NCBI GenBank assembly: GCA_040776945.1
Contig: JAXGZN010000002.1
Span: forward strand, 288,001 to 352,000
From: Methanomassiliicoccaceae archaeon
Lineage (GTDB): Archaea; Thermoplasmatota; Thermoplasmata; Methanomassiliicoccales; Methanomassiliicoccaceae
Direction: 5' to 3'
DNA: 64,000 nucleotides
The translations under genes and the position numbers were made by a program. A model generated the notes under the pieces. The model did no database searches and was not told the DNA's origin. It saw only the letters and a program-made list of their open reading frames with translations. How positions within the stretch are numbered: the stretch's first letter is position 1; every line of letters starts with the position of its first letter. Positions 1 through 11,000 of the stretch are shown here, piece by piece.

Positions 1-1
1 A

Positions 2-310
2 CCGGACCCCAGGACCGACCAGATCACCGAGCCGCAGGCCAAGGCCATAGCGGACAGCATGGCCAAGATGGTGTGGTGGATGACAGTGGCGGCCATCGTC
101 CTGCCGATCATGCTGGTCCTCATCGTCATCGCCGCGTACCTGTTCATCACCCAGGACCGTCCTTCGTGGTTCCTGCAGGCCCGGCCGTCGGAGAAGGTGA
201 AGGAGGCCGTCACGCCGTCCGATGTGCTGGACCTGAGGTACGCCAGGGGCGAGATCACCAGGGACCAGTACATGGCGATGAAGACGGACATGAAGGGCGC
301 CAAGGCCTGA
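2..310 (+). CDS. SHOCT-domain membrane protein (5'-truncated by window edge)
   Basis: Frame open from base 2; one TM helix then C-terminal 'LDLRYARGEITRDQY' SHOCT motif. Confidence 0.75.
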   Translation, partial: PDPRTDQITEPQAKAIADSMAKMVWWMTVAAIVLPIMLVLIVIAAYLFITQDRPSWFLQARPSEKVKEAVTPSDVLDLRYARGEITRDQYMAMKTDMKGAKA

Positions 311-441
311 GAGCGGAACAGCGCTGCCCCCGAACGTAACCCGCGTCCGTCCAGGCCGGCGCCGCTCTATCATCTTTTTGCGCGAGGACCACGCCATCGG
401 AGGGGAAACGGACTAATACCGCCGGCTCGAAGCTGTTGACC

Positions 442-984
442 ATGACGGTCTCGGAGCAGGTCGGGAAGCAGGACATGGTGATCACCAGGGTCTTCGATGC
501 GCCTAGGGAGCGGGTGTTCACGGCGTTCACCGAGCCCCGGTTGGTCAAGAAGTGGTACGGGCCGGAGGGGTTCACCGCGCCGGTGATCGAGGCGGAGCTC
601 AGGACGGGGGGCCGCTACCTCTATTGCATGGAATCGCCGGAGGGGATAGACTATTGGTCGGCCGGAGTGTACCGCGAGTTCACTCCGCCGGAACGCATCG
701 TGGCCATCGATTCGTTCGCCGATCCGGAGGGCAACATCGTGCCCGCCTCGTACTACGGGCTCGGCGGCGACTGGCCGCTGGAGTCCGAGGTCGTGATATC
801 CTTCGAGGAGGAAGGCGGCGGGACCAGGATCACCATCAGGCAGGCGGGCGTGCCGGGCGGAGCGGACCTCGACAGAGTGAGAAGGATGCGGGAACGGTCG
901 CTGGACAGGTTGGCCCAGGTTGTGGATATGGGCGACGGCTGCCGGTCCAAGGCTGGATTGGGCGAACGGCGCGAAGAAGATTGA
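442..984 (+). CDS. SRPBCC/AHSA1 (START-like) domain protein
   Basis: 'ITRVFDAPRERVFTAFTEP..KWYGPEGF', 'GVYREFTPPERIV' are typical AHSA1 motifs; ATG at 442. Confidence 0.85.
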   Translation: MTVSEQVGKQDMVITRVFDAPRERVFTAFTEPRLVKKWYGPEGFTAPVIEAELRTGGRYLYCMESPEGIDYWSAGVYREFTPPERIVAIDSFADPEGNIVPASYYGLGGDWPLESEVVISFEEEGGGTRITIRQAGVPGGADLDRVRRMRERSLDRLAQVVDMGDGCRSKAGLGERREED

Positions 985-999
985 TATCCCCGCTGGTTC

Positions 1000-2100
1000 A
1001 TGGCCGCTCCGATGAGGGTAGCCATCGTCCTCGGCACCAGGCCGGAGATAATCAAGATGTCCCCGCTGGTCCGGGAATGCGCGAAGCGGGGAACGCCATA
1101 CTATATACTGCATACGGGACAGCATTACTCGCATGAGATGGACCGGGTGTTCTTCGAGGAGCTGGCGCTCCCTGAGGCGCACCACCATCTCGATGTCGGA
1201 TCCGGCACTCACGGCGCGCAGACGGCGAAGGTCCTCAGCGGCACGGAGGCCGTGCTGTCGAGGGACCGCCCGGACATCGTGATGGTGCAGGGCGACACCA
1301 ACACGGTGATGGCCGCCGCGCTGGCGGCCGCCAAGATGGGCATCCGCGTGGGCCACGTGGAGGCCGGCCTGCGTTCCAACGACCGCACCATGCCCGAGGA
1401 GGTGAACCGGGTGGTCGCCGACCACATCTCCGACCAGCTTTACGCGCCGACAGAGGAGGCGAGGAAGAACTTGGCCCGCGAAGGCATCGACCGCGGGGTC
1501 TTCGTCACCGGCAACACCATCGTGGACGCGGTGCAGGAGAACCGCAAGCTGGCGGCCGCCCGCTCCCACGTTCTCGAGAACCTCGGCCTCAAGGCCCGCG
1601 GGTTCGTTCTCGCCACCGCGCACCGGCAGGAGAACGTCGACTCGCCCCAGAAGCTCAATGGCATCCTGAAGGCGCTGGACTCGGTCGGCCGGGAGACCGG
1701 CCTGCCGGTGATCTTTCCGGCGCATCCGCGCACCCAGGCCAGGCTCAAGGAGTTCGGCCTGAGGCCGGAGGCCGCGTCCGTGGTCAACCCGTTCGGGTTC
1801 ATGGACTTCCTCACCATGGAGGCCTCGGCCAGGCTGGTCCTCACGGACTCGGGAGGGGTGCAGGAGGAGGCCTGCATACTGGGAGTGCCGTGCGTCACCA
1901 TGAGGGAGAACACCGAGCGGCCGGAGACGGTGTCGGTAGGCGCGAACGTCCTGGCCGGCACGGACCCGGAACGCATCCTTGCGGCCTCGTGGTCCATGCT
2001 CAACCGCCAAGGAGGATGGAAGAACCCCTTCGGGGACGGGAGGGCCGCGGCGCGAATCCTGGACCACGCGGAGAAGGGCGAGGATCGCTTCAAGGGATGA
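1000..2100 (+). CDS. wecB: UDP-N-acetylglucosamine 2-epimerase (non-hydrolysing)
   Basis: GTRPEIIK, HTGQHY, QGDTNT, HVEAGLRS, PEEVNR, TDSGGVQEEA, TERPE, NPFGDG motifs. Confidence 0.95.
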   Translation: MAAPMRVAIVLGTRPEIIKMSPLVRECAKRGTPYYILHTGQHYSHEMDRVFFEELALPEAHHHLDVGSGTHGAQTAKVLSGTEAVLSRDRPDIVMVQGDTNTVMAAALAAAKMGIRVGHVEAGLRSNDRTMPEEVNRVVADHISDQLYAPTEEARKNLAREGIDRGVFVTGNTIVDAVQENRKLAAARSHVLENLGLKARGFVLATAHRQENVDSPQKLNGILKALDSVGRETGLPVIFPAHPRTQARLKEFGLRPEAASVVNPFGFMDFLTMEASARLVLTDSGGVQEEACILGVPCVTMRENTERPETVSVGANVLAGTDPERILAASWSMLNRQGGWKNPFGDGRAAARILDHAEKGEDRFKG

Positions 2101-2149
2101 GGCGGCCCCGGTCGGTCCGACGCCGTCTGAATATAATCATAGGTCCCAC

Positions 2150-2159
2150 TTTAAATATA
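2150..2159 (+). promoter_or_regulatory. Archaeal TATA box upstream of GT2 gene
   Basis: TTTAAATATA in a GC-rich background, about 27 nt before ATG 2186. Confidence 0.5.
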
Positions 2160-2185
2160 TCGCTTTCCATCTATTCTTCAGCAGG

Positions 2186-3181
2186 ATGGGCCAGATGGCG
2201 GTCGACACAGAGGGGGAAATGGGCTTGGACGGGCTGCGCATGAAACATGACGGGAACATCATCGCGCAGGGAATGGCCATGCCGACCGCGGCCTCCGCCC
2301 CTCGGACGATCGCAGTGGTCCCCGCCTTCAACGAGGAGATAACCATCGCCAGCGTCGTCCTGGGCGCCCTTGCTTACGTTGACAAGGTCATAGTGGTCGA
2401 CGACGCGTCCCACGACCGCACCGGCAAGCTGGCCGCCCTGGCCGGGGCCACGGTGGTGAGGATGCCCATGAACGGCGGGAAGGCTAAGGCGCTGCTCACC
2501 GGCCTCAAGGAGGCGGAGCGCATGGGGTGCCAGGTCGCGGTCATGCTGGATGGCGACGGCCAGCACCGTGTCGATGACATCGAGGTCCTGATGAGGCCGG
2601 TCATCGAAGGCAAGGCCGACCTGGTGATCGGCTCGAGGTTCCTGGGCGAGCAGACCGGGATCCCCCGGTACCGCATCTTCGGGCAGAAGGTCATAAACTC
2701 GCTTTCCAACCTTTCCACCAAGGTCGACATCACCGACTCCCAGTCCGGCATGCGGGCGCTGAGCCGAAAGGGGCTGGAGAACCTGACCTTCTCGTCCGAA
2801 GGCTACAACATCGAGTCGGACATGATCACCCACTTCGTGGAGGCCGGCCTGGAGATAATGGAGGTGCCCATCTCCGTACGCTATGACGTGCCCAACGGCC
2901 ACAAGGCCGGCGCCACCTCCATGGGGATGAAGCTCCTGGGCAACGTGGTCTCGATGATCGGCTACAAGCGGCCTCTGCTGCTGTTCGGCGTGCCGGGGGC
3001 CATCGCCGGCCTTACCGGCATCATCATAGCCTTCCTGACCGTCTCTGAGATCTACCTCTTCGGGTCCTTCCTGGGGCAGGCCCTGGTGGGCGTGGCGCTG
3101 TTCCTGATAGGGTCGTTCTTCGTGATCTCCGGACTTACGCTGAACTCGCTCACCTTGATGATGAAGTCCATGGGCCGGTGA
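2186..3181 (+). CDS. Glycosyltransferase family 2 (DPM1-like, C-terminal TM helices)
   Basis: PAFNEE, VVDDASHD, DGDGQH, DLVIGSRF, TDSQSGMRA motifs; start uncertain (2186 or later). Confidence 0.9.
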   Translation: MGQMAVDTEGEMGLDGLRMKHDGNIIAQGMAMPTAASAPRTIAVVPAFNEEITIASVVLGALAYVDKVIVVDDASHDRTGKLAALAGATVVRMPMNGGKAKALLTGLKEAERMGCQVAVMLDGDGQHRVDDIEVLMRPVIEGKADLVIGSRFLGEQTGIPRYRIFGQKVINSLSNLSTKVDITDSQSGMRALSRKGLENLTFSSEGYNIESDMITHFVEAGLEIMEVPISVRYDVPNGHKAGATSMGMKLLGNVVSMIGYKRPLLLFGVPGAIAGLTGIIIAFLTVSEIYLFGSFLGQALVGVALFLIGSFFVISGLTLNSLTLMMKSMGR

Positions 3182-3209
3182 TCTCAAAGCTCAGAGCCCG
3201 TCGGAACGA

Positions 3210-4205
3210 TCAGGCCACGTTCAGGTTCAGGTTCAACGTGTAGCTGTCGTCCGACTCGATAGCGTCCACGAACCTGGCGGCCGTGGCGGTGCCCGCGAGG
3301 TCCACCATGGGCGGTCCGGAGTAGGGCGCGCCGTCCTTCAGCAGGACGAACCAGATCTTGTACTGGCCGGTGATGGGCACAGAGACGTTGTATGCCCTCT
3401 CCCACTGCGCGGTCCAGTTGCCCTCGATGTTGGCCGGTATGTGGTCCAAGGTCTGGGAGAAGGATTCCACGAAGTACAGGCGGTTCACCAGGGTGGTGTT
3501 GTCCGCGAAGGTTATGTTGGAAAGCCACACCTCCACGGTGTAGTTCACCGTGCGGTGCTCGTGGTTCGCGATGCCGATGAAGACCGGCGCCGACTGATTA
3601 ACTGTAAGGTTGTGAGGATAGCCGCTGGCAGTGCCGTCAGGGCCAAGGACGTAGAACTCGGTGAAGCTCTCGCCCTCCCTAGGAAAGGAGACCACGTACA
3701 CTAGGGCGATCACCGAGGACAGGATCGAGAGAACGAGAACGACGGTGAGGAACTTGTCCACCTTCCCCTCGGCGTCGAAGTTCCGCTTGATGGACCCGAA
3801 CAGCGCGCGGGGGTCGAACGGCTCGTAGGGCTCCGCGGTCCTCGATCGCCTCCACAGCGCCAGAGCGCAGAACACCACGTTGAACACTATGATCGACGCG
3901 AGTATGGGCACCAGGCGGATCCCCAGCGGCGTATAGTTCAGCCCGAAGCCGATCAGCGGCACAATGGCGATGCTGACCCCGAACGAGAGCGCTATGCGCT
4001 CGATCAGGTCCAGCGACGCCCTCTCAGGGAACAAGGTGGCGATGAGCGCATACCCAGGGAAGAACAGGATGAACGGCAGGCCGATGACGATCCGGACCGG
4101 GTTGTCCGGAACGAGGAAGATGAAAAGAGCTAACAGTACCGATAATACGATTATGGCGCTGAGGTCCCACGCCCTGACGATGCCGCTCTTCTTGTTCTCA
4201 GGCAA
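3210..4205 (-). CDS. DUF1616-like membrane protein
   Basis: 'GLPFILFFPGYALIATLFP', 'ERIALSFGVSIAIVP', 'ESFTEFYVLGPDG.A.GYP', 'GIANHE' match the DUF1616 pattern. Confidence 0.85.
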   Translation of the reverse strand: MPENKKSGIVRAWDLSAIIVLSVLLALFIFLVPDNPVRIVIGLPFILFFPGYALIATLFPERASLDLIERIALSFGVSIAIVPLIGFGLNYTPLGIRLVPILASIIVFNVVFCALALWRRSRTAEPYEPFDPRALFGSIKRNFDAEGKVDKFLTVVLVLSILSSVIALVYVVSFPREGESFTEFYVLGPDGTASGYPHNLTVNQSAPVFIGIANHEHRTVNYTVEVWLSNITFADNTTLVNRLYFVESFSQTLDHIPANIEGNWTAQWERAYNVSVPITGQYKIWFVLLKDGAPYSGPPMVDLAGTATAARFVDAIESDDSYTLNLNLNVA

Positions 4206-4343
4206 GCGAGGGAGCGAGCCTCTCCAGCATATATATTGGTTTTTCCCCGGGGTCCGGCGGAGAAAAACCTTCCGCTGGGTCCGAGGGCCGGCGGGCCGAG
4301 GCGTTCATCGGACAGGGCCGCCCTATGCCGGCCTCACGAAGGC

Positions 4344-4577
4344 TCACGATGTCGCGGGCCTCAATGAGCGTATGTACCCTATGGCCAAGGGATTGGTGAT
4401 CTCGACCGTGAGCACGTAGTTCTCCCCGTCCTCCTTGGCATCCCTCAGGAACCCCACGGGGACGTTCTCGAGCTCGAAGTCGCAATGACCGTATGTAATG
4501 AACTCATGGTACATCCCACTTGCATCCTTGTCCTCCCGGGGAGAGGTGATGCGGACGAGCAGTGATTGGGTTTGCAT
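4344..4577 (-). CDS. Hypothetical small protein (77 aa)
   Basis: Protein-like composition; TATA-like TAAATATA about 25 nt upstream. Confidence 0.55.
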   Translation of the reverse strand: MQTQSLLVRITSPREDKDASGMYHEFITYGHCDFELENVPVGFLRDAKEDGENYVLTVEITNPLAIGYIRSLRPATS

Positions 4578-4950
4578 TGAGTTCTTTATTCTGAGCCTAA
4601 TATATTTATACCTATGTAGGGAACAACGGGCCGCGGGCCCCCTCCCCTCGCCTCGGGCGGAGCCCTAGGGCGGTCCGGAGGCGCCGATCTGCGCCCGCCG
4701 CACGATGGTCCATCATCTGATAATCTCGTCCGATAATACTGGTTTGCAGTATCTTTTTCGATATTAATTGAGAGGTTGCGCCATGGGGCAAGAGCCGCAA
4801 ACGGAACGGAGCCAGATGCAAATATTTTCACTGATGACAACTAATATTATTTGAGATAATAATTATAAATAGAAATATTTATAAAGTTGTTTTGATATTC
4901 TCATTATCAAGTCTCAGTATCAGAAATCGAAATAACGGGGGAAAAGAACG

Positions 4951-5886
4951 ATGAAGGAAAAAATGCTCATAAGCGCCATGATCGCCATCATGATGATGGT
5001 CGGCTCGGCCGCCGTGTTCGTGATGAACAACCCGGGAGCGGGGCCGCTAGAGGGGGTCGACGGCCCCGGGCAGAACGACGGGAACGGAGGCATCAGCCCG
5101 ACTGAGCCTTCGTTCGTCGCTCCGGTGACCCCGGCCGCCGGAAGCTCCGAGAGCTCCGGCAGCTCCAGCGGCCATGACGGCTCCGGAACCCAGAGCGGAT
5201 CCGGCTGCGGGGACGAGGGGGCGGGGGACGCGGTCCCGAACGAGGGTGCCCAGGACGATGGCTGCGGCAGCAGCGACAATGGCGTCGGCGACGATTGCGG
5301 CGACAACGATGACGCCCAGGCCGGCGACGACGGCTGCGGAAGCGAGGGGGACAACGAGGCCGGCGACGACTGCGGGGCAGATGATGAAGGCGCCGCCGGC
5401 GACGACGACTGCGGCGACGACGAGGCCGGCGAGGCTGGAAGCGACGATGGCTGCGACGTTCCGCCCTCTGATGACGGCTGTGGAAGCGAGGGGGACAACG
5501 AGGCCGGCGACGATTGCGGCGACAACGATGACACCCAGGCCGGCGACGACGGCTGTGGCGGCGATGATGAAACCGGTGTCGACGATGGCTGCGGCGACAA
5601 CGAAACCGGAGAGGCCGGCGACAACGACTGCGGCGAGGACGATGAAGCTGCTGGCGACAACGATTGCGGCGATGACGATCAGGGCACCCAGGACGATCAG
5701 TGCCCCACCGGGCCTAGCGGAGGCCACAACGGATGCCACGGCCACCACCATCACCGCCATGGCTGCGGACACGGCTTCCACCATGTGGTGAAGCACGGCT
5801 GCGGTCAGATAGTGGTCCACATCAGCTGCTACGGAGGCCAGTATACCTGGGGGGGCTATGGCTTCGTGGCATTTGGATGGTGCTAG
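4951..5886 (+). CDS. Secreted or membrane-anchored Asp/Gly/Cys low-complexity repeat protein with His-rich C-terminus
   Basis: N-terminal signal/TM, 14 acidic DDGCG/DDCG-type units, HHHHRH tail; AT-rich promoter upstream and T-tract downstream. Confidence 0.75.
   Translation: MKEKMLISAMIAIMMMVGSAAVFVMNNPGAGPLEGVDGPGQNDGNGGISPTEPSFVAPVTPAAGSSESSGSSSGHDGSGTQSGSGCGDEGAGDAVPNEGAQDDGCGSSDNGVGDDCGDNDDAQAGDDGCGSEGDNEAGDDCGADDEGAAGDDDCGDDEAGEAGSDDGCDVPPSDDGCGSEGDNEAGDDCGDNDDTQAGDDGCGGDDETGVDDGCGDNETGEAGDNDCGEDDEAAGDNDCGDDDQGTQDDQCPTGPSGGHNGCHGHHHHRHGCGHGFHHVVKHGCGQIVVHISCYGGQYTWGGYGFVAFGWC
5200..5705 (+). repeat. Degenerate coding tandem repeats (GACGAC/GATTGCGGC units)
   Basis: For example 'ggaagcgagggggacaacgaggccggcgacga' recurs at about 5338 and 5482. 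Confidence 0.8.
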
Positions 5887-5910
5887 GATGAAGATCTGAG
5901 CGCCAGGGAC

Positions 5911-5942
5911 CAAACCTCTTCAAACCTCTTCCTCTTTTTTTG
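5911..5942 (+). terminator. Archaeal pyrimidine/T-tract terminator
   Basis: CAAACCTCTT twice, then CCTCTTTTTTT just after stop 5886. Confidence 0.55.
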
Positions 5943-6238
5943 AACACGATGCCTATCGTCGCACAGCCCATTGCCAGGGGATGAGCGCTTCTGGACGGGA
6001 AACCTGCCGGGCGAACATCGAAGCCCTATCTGCTTGACAGAGAGAAGGAGCGGACCGGATCGCTCTTAACGGCTCGGCGAACCTCCAACGCTCTCATTCC
6101 GCACCCGCGTTGGAGCGACCCAAGCTCCCATAAGCATAAGGCTACGTATTCATTGGCCATCGCCGAGGAGTACGCCGCGGCCCGCCGGCCCCCGACCCAA
6201 GGGGAAAAGCGTCGCTGGCGGAACAAGGTGGACCGCAC

Positions 6239-6838
6239 ATGCTCGGGAACAAGGCTCCGCTCAACCTTCTGTCATTATCGACAGCGGCCTTCCTGGCCCT
6301 AGGCGTGGTCCTGGCCGCTCTCCGCGACGATGTCTATTGGACCGCGATGGCGGTCTGGGCGGTCGCGCTGATAGTCCTTCCCCAGTACTATCACCGGGGC
6401 CGGGAGCGCTCGTCGATCAGCGCCCTCATGTTCCTGGTGACGCTTCCCTACATCGCAGGGTTCCTCGGCAACGAAGGCCAAGGGCTTATCCCCATATCGT
6501 CCATCTGGTACCTCCTGCTCTCCAGCCCGGCGATATTCTCACTTTGCTTAGTGACCATCGCCCTGATCAACTCGATAGGCGGCATGCGGTTCAACCTCAA
6601 TTTCGCGATGCAAGCATCCTTTATGTTCTATGCGACGATCGTGGTCCTTCAGAGCCCCGTCTTCTTCTATTCCGACCTGCTCCTTGGAACGTCCATAATT
6701 CCAAGCAACCAAGCGCTGATGGACTACATCGTGCTGGCGATGGGCATAGGATTGCTCATGACGGTGGTGTTCTTCACGGCCGCCCGGGCGGCCATGGACC
6801 GCCGGTGCCGCGGAGCGGCCGAGGGGGCGCCGGAATGA
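6239..6838 (+). CDS. Multi-pass membrane protein, unknown function
   Basis: About 6 hydrophobic segments; ATGA overlap with the next gene. Confidence 0.7.
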   Translation: MLGNKAPLNLLSLSTAAFLALGVVLAALRDDVYWTAMAVWAVALIVLPQYYHRGRERSSISALMFLVTLPYIAGFLGNEGQGLIPISSIWYLLLSSPAIFSLCLVTIALINSIGGMRFNLNFAMQASFMFYATIVVLQSPVFFYSDLLLGTSIIPSNQALMDYIVLAMGIGLLMTVVFFTAARAAMDRRCRGAAEGAPE

Positions 6839-7473
6839 AGCGCATAATGGCCATCACCATCTTTTTCGAGATACTGCTGGTCGGGTTCCTGGCCTACAGC
6901 ATCATGGAGGCCGCCAGCTACTGGGCGTTCACGGCCCTCTTCTCGGCCCTGCTGATGCCGGTGCCCGCGCTGCTCTCCGCCCGGGACGTGATCCGGCTGC
7001 CGTGGCCGATGGTCACCAGCATCGGACTGGCCCTCGTGCTGCACAACATCGGGCTGGTGACGTACTGGTACGACACCACCTTCTGGTGGGACAAGCTGAC
7101 CCATCTCGTGTCAGGACTGGTCATCTCATCGCTGGTGGCCGTCGAGCTCATGCTGCTCGACCAGCGGACGGTGAGCATCTACATACCGCCGATCTGGTAC
7201 CTGTTCCTGGTCCCCATAGCCATCCTGACCCTTGAGGCCATATGGGAGATGCTGGAGTACCTCGTGGACCAGCTCCTGCAGGTCGGCATGCAGCACAGCC
7301 TGGCGGACACCGCCAACGATATCCTGGTCAACCTCATCTCAGGGGTGGCAGGAGGGTTGGGGGCCATGTACTACCTGCACCGTCACCCGGTGGAGGAGCT
7401 CATAGCGGAACTGCACGCGGAGAAACTGGTCAGGTGGTTCGTGGTACGCTTCGGGGAGCCCGATCGGCGGTGA
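6835..7473 (+). CDS. Membrane protein, DUF2238-like (conserved H/D/E intramembrane residues)
   Basis: 'LHNIG..YWYD..FWWDKLTH', 'WEMLEY..D', 'DTANDILVN' motifs; true start ATG 6835. Confidence 0.7.
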   Translation: MKRIMAITIFFEILLVGFLAYSIMEAASYWAFTALFSALLMPVPALLSARDVIRLPWPMVTSIGLALVLHNIGLVTYWYDTTFWWDKLTHLVSGLVISSLVAVELMLLDQRTVSIYIPPIWYLFLVPIAILTLEAIWEMLEYLVDQLLQVGMQHSLADTANDILVNLISGVAGGLGAMYYLHRHPVEELIAELHAEKLVRWFVVRFGEPDRR

Positions 7474-7599
7474 GGCTCGAGCATCGGAGCTGGGACGCGG
7501 CCTGCCCCGGCGCGGTGCGGCGCCCCTCCAGGTCCTTGTCCTCGCTGGAGCTGGAGCGGAAGGCGGCCGCCCCGCCCGATCGCCGGACGCCTCTGCGCG

Positions 7600-7833
7600 T
7601 TAGTCGAGGTATGCGTTCCGCCGAGCGTTCAACATCTCCCACATGATCGCCCGTTCGTTCCCTCGAAAGCGCTTGTCGATCCACCACTCAGGGGTGACCA
7701 CCTCCTGGTGGCCGGCCTTCTTGATGCACCGGCAGCGCATGGCGATGAAGCCGTTGTCCCAGTGCTTGTGGGTGACGATCTGCTCGCAGCAGGTACAGAA
7801 TAGGTGAGAATCGGTCCATCCGTTCTTCTTCAT
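7600..7833 (-). CDS. Small Cys/His-rich protein (paralogue of 17066..17302)
   Basis: FCxxC..MRCxC..KAGH..WID.R.RG.ERAI shared with the paralogue; TATA upstream at about 7857. Confidence 0.75.
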   Translation of the reverse strand: MKKNGWTDSHLFCTCCEQIVTHKHWDNGFIAMRCRCIKKAGHQEVVTPEWWIDKRFRGNERAIMWEMLNARRNAYLD

Positions 7834-8028
7834 GCTTTAATGATGGGATGTCTCTCTATATATGGACGGCCATAATAATATCAGCCTTCGGAACACAGAC
7901 CGGCCGGTCTGGCGGCCGCGGCACGGAATAATGACCCGAGAAATATATTTGTACTAAGAGAGATAATTGAATAGCAAGATATAGGGGGGCATAACATTCA
8001 GCGTAGCTTCAGCTTTGGCTCGGGGGCA

Positions 8029-11000
8029 TTGTCCTCGATAGCGATAGTGATCTTATTGATAGCCTGTTCGTTCTTCGTGGCCTCGAGTTCCGTTGCCGCG
8101 GCGGACCCCGCCCCGCAGGGCGCGGAGGTGCTGCTGTTGGACCAGGACCTCACCGCCAAGGCGGAGATACCTTCGAACATGGTCATCGGCAACGTCCACA
8201 GATCGACCACCACGGCCACGATGACCTACAGCATCGCGGCCAAGGCGGTCGAGTACTACTCGAACGACGATGAAAGCGGATCAGTGTTCGTCGGCATCGA
8301 GCCGTTCATCAACGGGAACCTGTCGTTCAGCATTAAGGTCAGCTCGGACAGCACCTTCTCCAGCGTGAACATAATAGGCTCCACGTTCTGGCTGGAGGCG
8401 CGGTCCCTCCCCGACGGCGGTGCGAGGGTAATGTCCTACTACATGTCCTCCGCGTCGGCCTACTCCTACAAGTCCTACGACGTGCCAAAGAGCGCCCTGC
8501 CCAATGGCGTCAACACCATCAACATCATGGTCAGCGGGACGGCGAAGACCTTGACGGTGTATCATGACGAGGCCCGCAAGGTATCCACCCCGATGTTCCA
8601 CTGGTCGGTGCAGAACCTTCCCTACGCTCCAATGACCTCCCCCATCGTCTGCTTCGACAACTACATCAGCAGCGTGGCCACCTGGACCTCCACGTTCATC
8701 TATGGGATCAGGGAATCGGTCAGCGGCGGCATCGTTTCCGCCGTTCCGGGCAACGACCTTGTGCCCTTCGGGATCGACTATCCCCGCTCCGAGTTCAACA
8801 AGCTAGGCACCCAATACATGGCCGCCCGCGGGCAGAAGGGCGTGGCCTGGGTCGATCTGCAGTGGCTCGAGTACCGGCCGTCTGACAAGGCGTACATCGA
8901 CTCCCTGCTCGCGGCCGGCTGGGAGCTGGGCATCCACTACAACGCTTCACTGAACAACTACGCTCAGGCCAGCGCCCAAGCGTTCATGAAGAGGCAGTAC
9001 GACCAGGTGAAGGCGATGTTCGGCCAGGCCCCGACCTCGTGGTGCTCCTACCAGAACGCCGACAGCGTCACCCACGCGACCTATGCCTACCAGCAACTGG
9101 GAATGATCTGGAGGAACGGTCACTCCGGGATCAGCTACCTGGCGAACGTCGGCAACCTCCAAGAGACCAGATGGGGCCAGTTCTGGTCCAGGGTCTCGGC
9201 CGCCCAGATGGTCTATCCGAGCTTCACCCACAAGACCGACCCGGCCTCCGCTGAGGCGTACTCGATAAGCTATTCCAGCTTCACCAAGTGGGTCGACAAC
9301 TATGAAGGCAAGAGGATGATCGGGTTCTACGAGTACTACGGCCGGGTCAAGAACCAGGTGGACACCAAGATCACCTACCTGGAGAACGTGCCGGGCGCGA
9401 AGCTCAGGTTCTCGGTCGACTGCAACGCCTTTCCCTCGCGCCTGATGATCGACCTCCCCCTGGCCTCCGGGGCGGCGGTCAAGCGCAACGGCGCCCCCCT
9501 GGCGCTCGGCTCCGACTACACCATCCTCGACGGCCGGTACATCGTCCTGTTCGCCAACGACAACGATGTCCTGGAGGTCTCGCTCGGAGGATCATCCACT
9601 GCGCCCGGGGCGCCATCGAACCTCAAGGCCGCGCTGGGCAACTCGCAGATCGCCTTGACCTGGAACGCTCCGTCCACGGACGGCGGCTCGCCGATAACCG
9701 GATACAAGATCTACCGCGGCACCGCGGCCGGCGGGGAGGTCTTCCTAAAGGCCGTCGGCAACGTCCTGGCCTACACCGACCAAGGACTGACCAACGGGAT
9801 CACGTACTACTACAGGGTCAGCGCGGTGAACGCCGTGGGCGAGGGCGCCATGTCCAACGAGGCCTCGGCGACGCCGTCGGCGCCGGTCACGGTGCCGTCC
9901 GCGCCGACGAACCTCAAGGCCGCGCCGGGCATCGCCCAGGTCACGCTGACCTGGAGCGCTCCGTCGAGCAACGGCGGCTCGCCAATAACTGGATACAAGG
10001 TGTACCGGGGGACCGCCTCCGGCGCCGAAGTGCCTCTCGCCACCGTCGGCAACGTGCTGACGTTCACCGACAACGGAGCGTCCCCCGGGATCACGTACTA
10101 TTACAGGGTAAGTGCCGTCAACTCCGCGGGCGAGGGCGCTCTGTCCAACGAGGTTTCCGCCACGCCTTCCGCGCCCGCGACCGCTCCGGCGGCGCCATCA
10201 GGCCTCACGGCGGCCGGAGGGGACGGGCGCGTCACGCTCTCGTGGTCCGCTCCGTCCTCGAACGGCGGATCGCCGATAACCGGATACAAGATCTACCGCG
10301 GCACCGCGGCCGGCGGGGAGACGCTGCTGGCGACGGTGGGGAACGTCCTGAGCTACCAGGACGCCGCGGTCAACAACGGGATCACATACTACTACAGGGT
10401 CAGCGCGGTGAACGCCATAGGCGAGGGCGCCATGTCCAACGAGGTCTCCGCCACTCCGGCGGCGGCAGCGACAGCGCCATCAGCACCTCGGGACCTCACG
10501 GCGGCCGCCGGCGCCGGCCAGGTCGTTCTCTCGTGGTCCGCTCCGTCCTCGAACGGCGGATCGGCGATAACCGCCTACAAGGTGTACCGGGGGACCGTCC
10601 CCGGCGCCGAAGTGCTGCTCGCCACCGTCGGCAACGTGCTGACATATACTGACAACGGAGTGTCCCCCGGGATCCGGTACTACTACACGGTGAGCGCCGT
10701 GAGCTCCATCGGCGAGGGCGCGATGTCCAACGAAGCGTCCGCGGTCCCCTCGGCGCCCGCGACCGTTCCCGCGGCACCCTCCGGACTCAAGGCCGTCGGC
10801 GGCGATGGCCAGGTCATGCTGACGTGGTCCGCTCCCGGAAGTGACGGAGGCTCGCCCATCACCGGCTACCGCATCTACCGCGGCAGCACGGCCGGCGGGG
10901 AGACTCTGATCGCGACGGTGGGGAACGTGCTGTCGTACACCGATCACGGTCTCGTGAACGGAGCGAAGTACTACTACAGAGTGAGCGCCGTCAACTCGGT

